In this document: positions 45,877 through 55,443 of the stretch, one piece after another
Numbering within the stretch: the stretch's first letter is position 1
Layout: each line of letters starts with the position of its first letter
NCBI GenBank assembly: GCA_964430885.1
Contig: CAYSHM010000001.1
Coordinates: 32,001-96,000, forward strand
DNA: 64,000 bases
DNA from: an uncultured archaeon
GTDB lineage: Archaea; Thermoplasmatota; Penumbrarchaeia; JASLWR01
Direction of reading: 5' to 3'
Program-made: the position numbers and the translations under genes
Notes under the pieces: generated by a model
The model's input: the letters and a program-made list of their open reading frames with translations, nothing else
Databases searched by the model: none
What the model was told of the DNA's origin: nothing

Positions 45877-47403
45877 TCAAAGTGTATTGATGGATGGATA
45901 CAGTTCAAGTACCATCCCTTGTATCTTAATGGGTTTGATCTTCCGGCTCTGGTTTATTGCTTCTTTCAGTTTGCGCTTACTGTCCGAATAGATGGTGAAA
46001 ATGGGTTCGCCCTTTTCCACCTTTTCACCCTTTTTTCTGCAAAGCCAAATTCCTGCACCTTTATCCTTGGGTGCACCGGCAGCCCTGACTATCTTTACAA
46101 TTCCTTTGTTATCTATTGCCTCAATGTAACCCTCTTCATCAGCCTTTTCCTCGTAGGTAAACTGACCCATGGGAACGGTATCAGATGTGATATTTTTGTC
46201 GCCGCCCTGCTCACTGATTATCTCTTTGAACTTGGCCAGGGCCAAACCGGATTCCAATAATTCCCTTGCCTTGGCCTTTCCCTCTCCTCTATGAGCAGCT
46301 CCGCCTGCTTCTATGATGGTCCCGGCAAGGGCAGTTGCTTTTTCCGTAAGGGAGCTTCGGACCTTTTTTCCTTCAAGGGCCATAAGTGCCTCTTTCACCT
46401 CGAGTGCCGGACCTATACCTGAGCCGATAGGCTGCCCCCCGAATGTAATGGCGCATTCCACCTTCATCCCTAACCGTCTTCCAATTTCGACGAAATCCGC
46501 GGCATATTTTCTGGCCATATCCTCTTCCTCTACTTTGGTTCCAGGGCCCATGGGAATGTCCAAAAGCAGGTATTCAGCACCGCCTGCCTTTTTCTTTGAC
46601 ATTATTGATGCTATTACCTGAGGATAGGGATCAATTGAAAGAGGATATTCAGCCTGAATGATCAGATCGTCAGCCGGAGCGATATTAACTGCTCCCCCCC
46701 ATGCAATCACACCTCCCACCTTTTCACCGATTCTTTTGATATCCTCCAAGGAAAGGGTCACGTTAGCGATTGTCTCAAGAATATCAGCAGTCCCGCAGGC
46801 GCTGGATATGGCCCTGGAGCAAGTCTTTGGTATCAAAAGATCAGCGGCAGCTACCATGGGCACGATAAGCAGGGTGATCTTGTTTCCCGGCAGACCGCCG
46901 ATGGAATGAAAATCCAGTACTGGTCCCCTGTCGAACTTCTGTATCTCTCCTGTATCTATCATGGCCTGTGTGAGCTTCTCCGTTTCATCTATGGACATTC
47001 CTCTAGTGTAGCAAGCTGTGACATAGGCAGATAGCTCAATATCGGATATGGAATGGTCTACAATATCATTTACAATAATTCTCAATTCCTTTTCATCTAG
47101 CTCCTTTCCTTCCAGTTTCTTCCGGATAAAATCAACCGATTCAGGTTTAGATGTGACCCTGAGCTGAACCTTCTCGCCCTCATCAAGTTCAAGTATCTTG
47201 TAAGTATTGTTGAAAAGTCCTATCTCTCCCTTTTCAATTAGAGTATCAGTAACGTTCACCTTGGCGGTAATTGTCTTCTTCCTGCTGACTATCTTCATAC
47301 GGTCTTCTTTGTAAACACTGAAATCTCTTGCATCATCAATATGTATGATAAGTTCATATTTTCCAGTGCTGACATCAATCTTTTTAACACTAAATTCTCT
47401 CAT
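45877..47403 (-). CDS. deoA: AMP phosphorylase (thymidine phosphorylase family)
   Basis: Archaeal N-terminal domain, DFHSIGGLPGNK, PKTCSRAISSACGTAD, SIMSKK, GAPKDKGAG; GAGGTG RBS before ATG 47403; follows rbcL. Confidence 0.95.
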   Translation of the reverse strand: MREFSVKKIDVSTGKYELIIHIDDARDFSVYKEDRMKIVSRKKTITAKVNVTDTLIEKGEIGLFNNTYKILELDEGEKVQLRVTSKPESVDFIRKKLEGKELDEKELRIIVNDIVDHSISDIELSAYVTACYTRGMSIDETEKLTQAMIDTGEIQKFDRGPVLDFHSIGGLPGNKITLLIVPMVAAADLLIPKTCSRAISSACGTADILETIANVTLSLEDIKRIGEKVGGVIAWGGAVNIAPADDLIIQAEYPLSIDPYPQVIASIMSKKKAGGAEYLLLDIPMGPGTKVEEEDMARKYAADFVEIGRRLGMKVECAITFGGQPIGSGIGPALEVKEALMALEGKKVRSSLTEKATALAGTIIEAGGAAHRGEGKAKARELLESGLALAKFKEIISEQGGDKNITSDTVPMGQFTYEEKADEEGYIEAIDNKGIVKIVRAAGAPKDKGAGIWLCRKKGEKVEKGEPIFTIYSDSKRKLKEAINQSRKIKPIKIQGMVLELYPSINTL

Positions 47404-47456
47404 AAATAACACCTCGTCATGTAAATAATTGAAATTGAAAAATGAATTTATGCGCT

Positions 47457-48752
47457 TCATTGAGGCTTATGGCGTCCCCACTTCTTCAATGCCTCTGCCA
47501 GCTCATTGGAGGAATCCGCCTTCTCTTCCAGGGTCATCCCGTCCTTCCATGCATCTATGGCAGCCATTGATGCCTTGGCTCCGGCCCTTGTACCATAGGG
47601 GTGTCCGTGAATACCTCCGCTTACCAGCAGGATAAAATCCGTTCCGTATATGTCCATCACATCAGGCACCAAGCCGGGGTGAAGTCCGCCGGATGAAACC
47701 GGGAATGCGGGTTTTATATTGCCCCAATCCTGGTCCAGAAGCATGTTCTTCTTCTCCTTTGTCTTCCTGTCCCTTAGAACACTAGCTATTGAAAGAACCT
47801 CATCCTTGGTACCGACGAGTTTTCCAACTGCCGTACCCGAGTGTAGCTGATTCAATCCCAATAGACGCATCTCCTTGGCAACGAACTGCATTGTCATACC
47901 GTGCTTTGGATTCCTATCGAAAGAAGCATGCATGGCCCTGTGGGCGTGTGTTGTCATGCCCAGGTCACCCAGGTGATCGCGCATGGTCATCAGCCCGGCA
48001 GAACCCACGATGACAACATCAAGCATGGCATATGAAAATCCGTATTCATGGAGCAGGTCTGCCCGTTTCTTCATTGTCTCCACGTCGGCAGTGATATTGA
48101 TGAAAGCGCCCTTCTTGCCCCCCGTTTCCTTCTCTGCCTTGTCCCTCATCTTTGCCAGGAGCTGGACTCTTTTATCGAACTTGTTGAACTTGGTGGAAGT
48201 AAGATTCTCATCGTCCTTTACAAAATCAAAGCCGCCCATCCATGTCTCATATCCGATATCCGCATGCTCGGCAGCGCTGAATCCTATCTTTGGCTTTGGT
48301 ACGGCCCCGGTCAGTGGTCGGTCGTGAACACCCCATCTCTTTTTGATCCCGTCAATGCCAAGTATTGGACCCTTGAAATGTTCTATGTAGCTTTTGGGAA
48401 GGGAGACGTCTATGAGGCGCAGGTTTTCCACGCCTTTCATACCGAAGATGTTGCCTGCGATACCGCTTTTAAGCTGGCACCAGTTTCCGTCCTCCCAGAG
48501 GTCCCTAGGGTAGGCAACCTTAAGGTAGTTTTCTTTGATCTCGAAGGCAGTAGCCTGCAGCCCTTTCATTCTAGGGGGTAGCTTTGCCAGGGTGGTCCAT
48601 GTTCCTGTTGAACTCTCGGAAGCGATCCTGCCTGCAGATTCCTTTTTTGTCATGCCTTTGGGAGGTTCGAAGTAAAAAAGGACCGTAAGGTCGTCCTTTG
48701 CCGGAACATAGTTCGGGTCAACAAACTCATCATACCAATCTATCTTTGCCAT
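47457..48752 (-). CDS. rbcL: Form III RuBisCO large subunit
   Basis: ASESSTGTWT, AGNIFGMK, VPKPKIG, DFVKDDE, HAHRAMH, GTAVGKL, SSGGLHP, GHP. Start moved to MAKIDWY. Confidence 0.97.
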   Translation of the reverse strand: MAKIDWYDEFVDPNYVPAKDDLTVLFYFEPPKGMTKKESAGRIASESSTGTWTTLAKLPPRMKGLQATAFEIKENYLKVAYPRDLWEDGNWCQLKSGIAGNIFGMKGVENLRLIDVSLPKSYIEHFKGPILGIDGIKKRWGVHDRPLTGAVPKPKIGFSAAEHADIGYETWMGGFDFVKDDENLTSTKFNKFDKRVQLLAKMRDKAEKETGGKKGAFINITADVETMKKRADLLHEYGFSYAMLDVVIVGSAGLMTMRDHLGDLGMTTHAHRAMHASFDRNPKHGMTMQFVAKEMRLLGLNQLHSGTAVGKLVGTKDEVLSIASVLRDRKTKEKKNMLLDQDWGNIKPAFPVSSGGLHPGLVPDVMDIYGTDFILLVSGGIHGHPYGTRAGAKASMAAIDAWKDGMTLEEKADSSNELAEALKKWGRHKPQ

Positions 48753-48905
48753 AACAATACCAATTCGATTACGGTGTCGAAGCAATAAATACCTTTTTAC
48801 AAAAAGTAAATCTATTTACAATACTATATCGGGTACTTGGAAAATTGCACTTTTTCAATAGCTGAATTGTACACTCGGAAAGTAATATTATATCATCTCA
48901 ATTAG

Positions 48906-48920
48906 TATAGTTGAACTATA
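48906..48920. promoter_or_regulatory. Palindromic candidate operator TATAGTT-G-AACTATA
   Basis: Perfect 7-1-7 inverted repeat in the rbcL / TPR-JAMM divergent spacer; TTGAACTA core repeated at about 48950. Confidence 0.45.
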
Positions 48921-49029
48921 TTCATATAGGATATTCCAATGAGAAAAAATTGAACTAATTACAGGAAATCCGTATTATGAAATATATGGGTATAATGGGA
49001 AACATTATAGAAATCGGCGGTATGAAAAA

Positions 49030-50883
49030 ATGACTGACGGCAACCCCGGGGAAATAGGATTGGCCTCTTTTCTCTCTCAATATCGAAGTAAATTGAAGGA
49101 GCTGGGATCTCAATATTTAAGCTTGGAGAGAGTATCATTTTTTTCAGAACCGGATCCCAATTCACCGGGCACTTTAAAAACCTCGTGTCTGAAATTTGAT
49201 GAAATTGAAAAAAATGTGGATACACTCATTGATCACGGGAGGACCTGGGAGAACCGCCTATCCAAATATCTAAAAGACAGTCTTGACCAAGGTCCCCGTT
49301 CACATCCCCTTTCCGCCGCTGTTCTGGATATTTCAATGATCACCGGCGCCGACATGACCAAGGTTTGCCAGCGTTATCTTAAAAAGAGGGCGGCCGAGTA
49401 TCATATTGATTTTTTCCTATACCATTATCTGACAGTGTATCCCCTCCTGAAGCAGTTTTCCAGAAAGAGCCGGAGATTGTCCTACAAATACCAGCCTTTT
49501 CTTTTTAAATGCCTGGATAAATATGTTATCAACTATAGAAAGAAAAAAATTAAGGCAAGGAATGGAAAAAAAGGCGGCATGAATGATCTAATCTTCGATA
49601 TCGGTGAAGAGAGGCTCAGGATACCCGCCCAGGGCCCTGACGAATTTATGTTCCTTGTAAGAAGGTTCATCTTCACTTTGGTTATGAATCGGGCGGTTGT
49701 TCTCTATTTCATAGAAGATGAAAAGCACAGGCAAAGTATCCTGAATTCTCTTTCTGAATTGGTAAGAATGATTTATATGAGAGGCGGTGAAGAATACAGG
49801 AAAATATTCCTCCTAACCACATTGCAGATAGCTGCCGGAGAGGATGAAGAGGCAATATCTCATTTTCAGGTAATTTTAAAGCAATTAGGAGAAAAAGGAA
49901 ATCACTCAATATTCCTTAGCAAACTTGATGATCTGCCAGTACTGGAAGGTTTCTATTTTGGAAAATCCCTTCTATCCGCCGGAGAGTCCGCATTGGAATA
50001 TAATGTTAAAGTTGCAAGAGTATTATGCAATCTTAGCCTGAAATTGAGCATCCAATGTTTCAACCGACGAGAAACGGCACTTTCCATGATGGTGCTTTCA
50101 AGAGTTTTCCTGGATTCAGATGATCTTGATCTTTCTCTATTGCTTTCAGATCTCTCAAGGGCTTTGGCTAGATCCATCAATGATCCGCTGCTGATCACCA
50201 GTTCGCATTTTACATCCGGCTGGGCCTATCTTGAAAATGAAAGATTCCGAGAATCTGCCAGGTTTTTCAAGAAGTCGAGGTCCGCCTCAGGTAAATTGGG
50301 CGACGAAAAGGGGTACACTGAAGCCTTGGTAGGTTTAGCCTTGATCTCCCTGAAGGTAGATAATAGAAGAAAGGCTAAAAAATTCCTGAAGGAGATTGTT
50401 TTTTCCATGCCGATAAAACAGTATCCAAATCTTTTTTCAAAATTGAAAGAGGAGGTCATGAAATATAATTGGCTCAAGAAAGATAAGGCCATGGCCCCAA
50501 TGTTCCAGGGATCGAAGAAGGTGTACCTTAAGAGAACAGTTCTCATAAAAATAATATCCTATGCAAAGGATTCCTATCCCAATGAGTTCGGGGCTGTTCT
50601 CCATGGCAATGAGGTGATTGAGAACCTGGAAATTCTTTACAATACCCAGGCAAACAGGAATTCAGTCATGTTCTCTAAGTATGACGGTGCGGGTACAAGG
50701 ATATCGGTTGACGGTTTTGTTCATTCTCACCCCAGCGGGGGCGCAGTCCCCTCTCAAGCAGACTTGCGTTCTTTCTCCCTGTTCATAACCAATCTGATAA
50801 TAGGTTATCCCTTCAATGATAACTCCATCGCTGCATATGACCGAGTTGGTAATCGGCTTGAGCTGGAGATAGTCGAAGGCTGA
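49030..50883 (+). CDS. Helical/TPR-like protein fused to a C-terminal JAMM/MPN+ (Mov34) metalloprotease domain
   Basis: YPNEFGAVL...HSHPSGGAVPSQADL (E..HxH-x7-S-x2-D); preceded by MalT-type TPR-like helices (GWAYLENERFRESARFF...LGDEKGYTEALVGLA). Confidence 0.85.
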   Translation: MTDGNPGEIGLASFLSQYRSKLKELGSQYLSLERVSFFSEPDPNSPGTLKTSCLKFDEIEKNVDTLIDHGRTWENRLSKYLKDSLDQGPRSHPLSAAVLDISMITGADMTKVCQRYLKKRAAEYHIDFFLYHYLTVYPLLKQFSRKSRRLSYKYQPFLFKCLDKYVINYRKKKIKARNGKKGGMNDLIFDIGEERLRIPAQGPDEFMFLVRRFIFTLVMNRAVVLYFIEDEKHRQSILNSLSELVRMIYMRGGEEYRKIFLLTTLQIAAGEDEEAISHFQVILKQLGEKGNHSIFLSKLDDLPVLEGFYFGKSLLSAGESALEYNVKVARVLCNLSLKLSIQCFNRRETALSMMVLSRVFLDSDDLDLSLLLSDLSRALARSINDPLLITSSHFTSGWAYLENERFRESARFFKKSRSASGKLGDEKGYTEALVGLALISLKVDNRRKAKKFLKEIVFSMPIKQYPNLFSKLKEEVMKYNWLKKDKAMAPMFQGSKKVYLKRTVLIKIISYAKDSYPNEFGAVLHGNEVIENLEILYNTQANRNSVMFSKYDGAGTRISVDGFVHSHPSGGAVPSQADLRSFSLFITNLIIGYPFNDNSIAAYDRVGNRLELEIVEG

Positions 50884-50981
50884 CCTATTGACGGTAAATT
50901 TCATGAAAAAATAATATAAATAATTGCAAATTTGTCTTTCAGCATTTTATTGACCCCCTAATGAGAAAGGTGCAGCAGCAG

Positions 50982-52286
50982 ATGAAAATAAGAGCAGATC
51001 TCCATATTCATACCAAATATGCATCATCCACATCGCCGGATGCTTCCATTGAAAATATTGCCGCCACCGCGGTAAAAAAAGGGGTGGATCTAATATCCTC
51101 AGGGGATTGTCTTCATCCGGAAAATCTGAATTTATTGAGAACTATGCCTTTCGAAAATGGAATATTTCAATTGAACGGGATTCATCTGGTCCTTGGAGCT
51201 GAGATAGAGGATATCAACGGAGCTCATCATCTTCTTTTCTTCCCGAACATTGATGCAGTAATAGGGTTCAGGGGAATGATAGGGGATCATTCTTTGGACC
51301 TCGATACCGAAGGCAGGCCTAAAGTGGATCTGTTCCCTCGGGACATTGCAGTCATGGCCAAACAGTGTAGGGCCTCTATTGGTCCTGCTCATTATTTCAC
51401 TCCATTCAAGGGTGCATTGGCCATTTACGGAGGGATGAGGGAAACATACCGGGAGATGGAGGATTATGTGGATTTCATAGAACTTGGCCTTTCGGCTGAT
51501 ACTGATATTGCATCCCCCATCCAGGATCTGGATAAAAGGACCTTTCTTTCCAACAGCGACTCTCACAGTCATCATCCTAGACGAATTGGCAGGGAATACA
51601 ATCTGCTGGAAATGGGAGGAATTTCCTATGGTGCTCTAATGGATGTTCTCAGAAGCAGAAAGAAACTGAACCATCCTGGTCTGAAGGGATGGGTAGTTGC
51701 CAATTACGGTCTACCTCCCGAAGAAGGCAGATATAACCGGACTGCCTGTTCTTCCTGTTATGATCACTATAATATGGAGGAGGCTAGAAGAATAAGGCTG
51801 CGATGTCCATGCGGAGGGAATATCAAATGGGGCGTTGTGGATATTGCAAGGAAGAATTACGGCTCAGGATTAGGGGTGAAAAACGGAAATTCAAGACCTC
51901 CTTACAATAATATACTACCGATTCATGATATACTAAGCGAGATAACAGGGAAACCCTGGAACTCGAGGGCGGTGAGTGATATGTACAGTGATATTATCTC
52001 TATTGGGGGCAGTGAACTGGATATTATCACATCCGGAAAGATGCTGGGCAACTATGAGGATAGGGTGCGGGCCAATTACCCTATGGTAATAATTGCTGCA
52101 GAAAGGCTGAGATCAGGTCAGTTCAAAGCAATTCCCGGAGGAGGCGGCCGATACGGAGAGATTCGGCTTTTAGATGATATCGTAAAACGTTCGGAGGCCG
52201 ACACATCTTCACCAGCGCCATCGCCCTCCGAGACACCCTGCCAGAGCGTGGGTCGACGGGGTCAAAAGGGGTTGTTCGATTTTTAG
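50982..52286 (+). CDS. endoQ: Endonuclease Q (PHP domain, TIGR00375-type) with C-terminal PIP box
   Basis: ADLHIH, GPAHYFTP, ELGLSAD, NSDSHS, GREYN, CSSC/CPC zinc finger, PGGGGRYG, QKGLFDF. Confidence 0.9.
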   Translation: MKIRADLHIHTKYASSTSPDASIENIAATAVKKGVDLISSGDCLHPENLNLLRTMPFENGIFQLNGIHLVLGAEIEDINGAHHLLFFPNIDAVIGFRGMIGDHSLDLDTEGRPKVDLFPRDIAVMAKQCRASIGPAHYFTPFKGALAIYGGMRETYREMEDYVDFIELGLSADTDIASPIQDLDKRTFLSNSDSHSHHPRRIGREYNLLEMGGISYGALMDVLRSRKKLNHPGLKGWVVANYGLPPEEGRYNRTACSSCYDHYNMEEARRIRLRCPCGGNIKWGVVDIARKNYGSGLGVKNGNSRPPYNNILPIHDILSEITGKPWNSRAVSDMYSDIISIGGSELDIITSGKMLGNYEDRVRANYPMVIIAAERLRSGQFKAIPGGGGRYGEIRLLDDIVKRSEADTSSPAPSPSETPCQSVGRRGQKGLFDF

Positions 52287-52451
52287 ATTTTTAAAGGAGA
52301 ATTTCATCAAATATTTTTCATTCACATGATTCCAAACAATCAATCTTCATGAGAAGTATTATTATTGGCTCTGAATTATAGCAGAGGTCTGATAAAAGTA
52401 TGCATTTATATATTTAGTGACGCATGACAGAAAATGATTTAGGGTGTTTTA

Positions 52452-53468
52452 ATGGGCATCAATTTAAAAGCGCTGGTGATTTCAGAGAATATCAAATTGG
52501 ATGACCTGTCAGGAAAGGTCCTTGCACTGGATGCCTATAATATTATCTATCAGTTTCTGTCATCCATAAGAACCTACGATGGAGAACCACTTAAAGATGA
52601 GAATGGGAATGTAGTATCTCATATTTTAGGCCTCCTCACCCGGACATCGAATCTAATTGAGTCAGGTATCAAACCGGTCTTTGTCTTTGACGGTGAACCT
52701 CACCCCCTGAAGGAGAGCACCATTACCTACAGGAAGATGAGAAAACTTGAGGCTATGGAAGAATGGAAGAAGGCTCTTGAGGAGGGGGATATGAAAAGGG
52801 CCAGGAGCAAGGCCCAGCAGACATCGCATTTCACAATAGAGATGGTGAGAGAGTGCAAGCATGTTCTGGACCTGATGGGCATTCCCCATGTCCAGGCACC
52901 TTCGGACGGTGAAGGACAGGCAAGTTACATGGCCGGGAAGGGTAACGTTCATGGTACAGCTTCCCAGGATTTTGACTGTCTGCTTTACGGCTGTCCTTTA
53001 ATGATCAGGAACATATCCATATCCGGCAGAAGGAAACTCCCTGGAAGGAACAAGTATGTATCTGTCAGCGTCCAGCAGATTGCTCTTAACAGTTCCCTTT
53101 CAGCACTGGAGATAAGCAGGGAACAGCTTATTGATATGGCAATACTCATGGGTACCGATTTCAATGAAGGTATTAAGGGAGTCGGCCCAAAGACCGCCCT
53201 GAAGCTTCTTAAAAACCACGGGACTCTTGAAGAAGTTATTGAAGAGAAGGGATATGAGCTCCCCCATTATGGGGCGATCAGAGAAATATTCCTCGATCCT
53301 GATGTTACTGATGACTATGATCTGAAATGGTCAAGTCCCCGAATTGATGATCTAAAGGAACTATATATAGGGGGTCACCAGTTCAAGGAGGAGACCATAG
53401 CCAAGCATCTTGAAAAGCTGGAATTTGGTTTGAAGAAGAACCAGCAGACCTCATTATTCTCCTTCTGA
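52452..53468 (+). CDS. fen: Flap endonuclease 1
   Basis: MG start, DAYNIIYQFLSSIR, VFVFDG, APSDGEGQA, SQDFD, GTDFNEGIKGVGPKTA, PIP box QTSLFSF. Confidence 0.97.
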   Translation: MGINLKALVISENIKLDDLSGKVLALDAYNIIYQFLSSIRTYDGEPLKDENGNVVSHILGLLTRTSNLIESGIKPVFVFDGEPHPLKESTITYRKMRKLEAMEEWKKALEEGDMKRARSKAQQTSHFTIEMVRECKHVLDLMGIPHVQAPSDGEGQASYMAGKGNVHGTASQDFDCLLYGCPLMIRNISISGRRKLPGRNKYVSVSVQQIALNSSLSALEISREQLIDMAILMGTDFNEGIKGVGPKTALKLLKNHGTLEEVIEEKGYELPHYGAIREIFLDPDVTDDYDLKWSSPRIDDLKELYIGGHQFKEETIAKHLEKLEFGLKKNQQTSLFSF

Positions 53469-53482
53469 AAATAGCCGGATAA

Positions 53483-54244
53483 TTATTGTATTATTGTTTT
53501 TTTTATTACCGTTTTCTTATGTGCAGGCTGCTTTCGGGATTCATCATCCTTATCAAAAATATGCCTTTTGCCTTTCTTAACCAGATGGGAAATGATATTT
53601 TGCCTCATTTTTTCCCACTTCTCCTTCCCGGGACCATTATTATTATTTTCCACCACTCTGAATCCTTTGATGTTCAGTTTTTCAACCAGACCGAACAGGG
53701 TCTTCAATCCGCCAGCACGAGGCTTTTCATCCAAAACAATTGTCAGCATATACTGGCTATATAGGTAATGCGTTTTCATTTCCTTTAGATCCTCGATTTC
53801 AGCGAAGAAGCGAGTGTTCAATTCCTCAATCTCTTTAACTTTGATACTGCCTGAAATATAATTATTCTTCAAGGTTCTTGAAATGGGGAGATGTATATCC
53901 TTGATCTCAAAATGACGGGCCAACCTTCTCCAATCCATTGTTTTCAATCCTTGCAGCTGTTTAATATCTATCTTCAATTTCGACGGGATATGTTTTTTGA
54001 TCCAGAAATCTGATATGTCTTTGATATTATCTATGACTTTTTCAACTTCATTCTCAGCCAGACTTCTAATATCCGCCGTCATTCCCCATATCGATTCTCC
54101 TGATATGCCTCGGTTTCGAAGTTTATTCTTCAATTCGAGGGAGGAAACCGGTGCGGCCTTTGGTTCAATATAAATGCAGATATTCCGTTTTTCATTTGGA
54201 ATGCCCGGTCCGAATTTCCTCACAAGATGTTCCATCAGTTTCAT
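53483..54244 (-). CDS. Hypothetical basic protein
   Basis: 253-aa ORF filling the fen-dph2 gap; no motif recognised. Confidence 0.65.
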   Translation of the reverse strand: MKLMEHLVRKFGPGIPNEKRNICIYIEPKAAPVSSLELKNKLRNRGISGESIWGMTADIRSLAENEVEKVIDNIKDISDFWIKKHIPSKLKIDIKQLQGLKTMDWRRLARHFEIKDIHLPISRTLKNNYISGSIKVKEIEELNTRFFAEIEDLKEMKTHYLYSQYMLTIVLDEKPRAGGLKTLFGLVEKLNIKGFRVVENNNNGPGKEKWEKMRQNIISHLVKKGKRHIFDKDDESRKQPAHKKTVIKKTIIQ

Positions 54245-54359
54245 AATGAAGATGCCCCAAGCCCTGTTTTAGCTCATTTTCGTTTCAAAAGGATGATCCT
54301 ATCCATGAATTGTTGGTATTCAGTAATAAATTGTTCGGGAAATGATTTAAATTTACACT

Positions 54360-55436
54360 ATGTTATGGTCTCTAGTGAAGGATATGGAAAAAGAAGGCTC
54401 TTTGGTGAATTCAGCCCTAAAGGGGCTGGGTTTCGCATTGGAAAATTGGATTGATCCATTTTTCGACAATCTTAGTCTGAAGGATGATGACAGCATAAAT
54501 ATTGCGCTTCAGCTCCCAGCGGGCCTCATAAGGTATCACCGGGAGTTTATTGACCTTATTGAGAGCTCCCTTGGTTCAGCGGTATCCCTCTATCTGAAAC
54601 CTACCTACGGTTCCTGCGATATTCCATATTTTCAGCTGATGGGTTTGGGTTATACCCATTTGATACATGTGGGTCATTCACCTATTAGAAGTCTGGGATC
54701 TCCAATTCCAACTCTATTTGTACCAGTTCATATCCAATATGATGATCAAGTTCTTCAAAAGGGACTGGATGATGCAGTGGATGCATATTCTCTGAAGGGA
54801 AAAAAGGTGTGTTTGGTTACAACGATTCAGTATTCAGATGGCATTGGGTCAGCCTATGAATATCTGAAAAAGCAGGGCATGGAGGTGCTGTTGCTGAAAG
54901 AGAGCCTACGGGCAGATGGCAAAGGCCAGATACTCGGCTGCAATTTTCAGAACTCCGCAGGTGCAGGCGTAAAGGATGTCATCTACATTGGTACAGGATT
55001 ATTTCACCCTCGAGGAGTGGCTATCAACGGAGGTCACCGTGTGATCAAGGTGAATCCTCATACGGGAAAGCACACAGAGGTAGATGGCAGGGATTTTCTT
55101 AAAAAAAGGGCAGCTTTGGCCCTTTCCCTTTCTGAAAAGAAAAACTTTATGATAGTCTGCACAAGCAAATCCGGACAGTGCAGGATAGATGTGGCCGAAG
55201 AACTGGTTGAACTTGGAAAGAAAAGGGGATATGCAGTCTCAATGGCTCTGGCGGATGAGATAAGACCTGAACTTTTCACCGGTTTGGGACTTGAATGTAT
55301 AGTATCAACCGCCTGCCCCAGGATAGCTTATGATGATATGTCATCCTATCCAGTTCCAGTGATCACACCCCAGGAGTTCAGGCTGGCAGTTGGGGATCTG
55401 GCTCTTGAGGATTTTACAATTGATGAATTAATATGA
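54360..55436 (+). CDS. dph2: Diphthamide biosynthesis radical-SAM-type enzyme Dph2
   Basis: LQLPAGL, three Fe-S cysteines in YGSCD, GQILGCN and TACPRI; GLFHP. Confidence 0.92.
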   Translation: MLWSLVKDMEKEGSLVNSALKGLGFALENWIDPFFDNLSLKDDDSINIALQLPAGLIRYHREFIDLIESSLGSAVSLYLKPTYGSCDIPYFQLMGLGYTHLIHVGHSPIRSLGSPIPTLFVPVHIQYDDQVLQKGLDDAVDAYSLKGKKVCLVTTIQYSDGIGSAYEYLKKQGMEVLLLKESLRADGKGQILGCNFQNSAGAGVKDVIYIGTGLFHPRGVAINGGHRVIKVNPHTGKHTEVDGRDFLKKRAALALSLSEKKNFMIVCTSKSGQCRIDVAEELVELGKKRGYAVSMALADEIRPELFTGLGLECIVSTACPRIAYDDMSSYPVPVITPQEFRLAVGDLALEDFTIDELI

Positions 55437-55443
55437 TGGAGAT

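Noticed and set aside
52320-52395. Possible C/D box sRNA (ATGAGA...CTGA...CTGA) between endoQ and fen
   Set aside because: C boxes are poor matches to RTGATGA, spacing is atypical, and no guide target can be verified.
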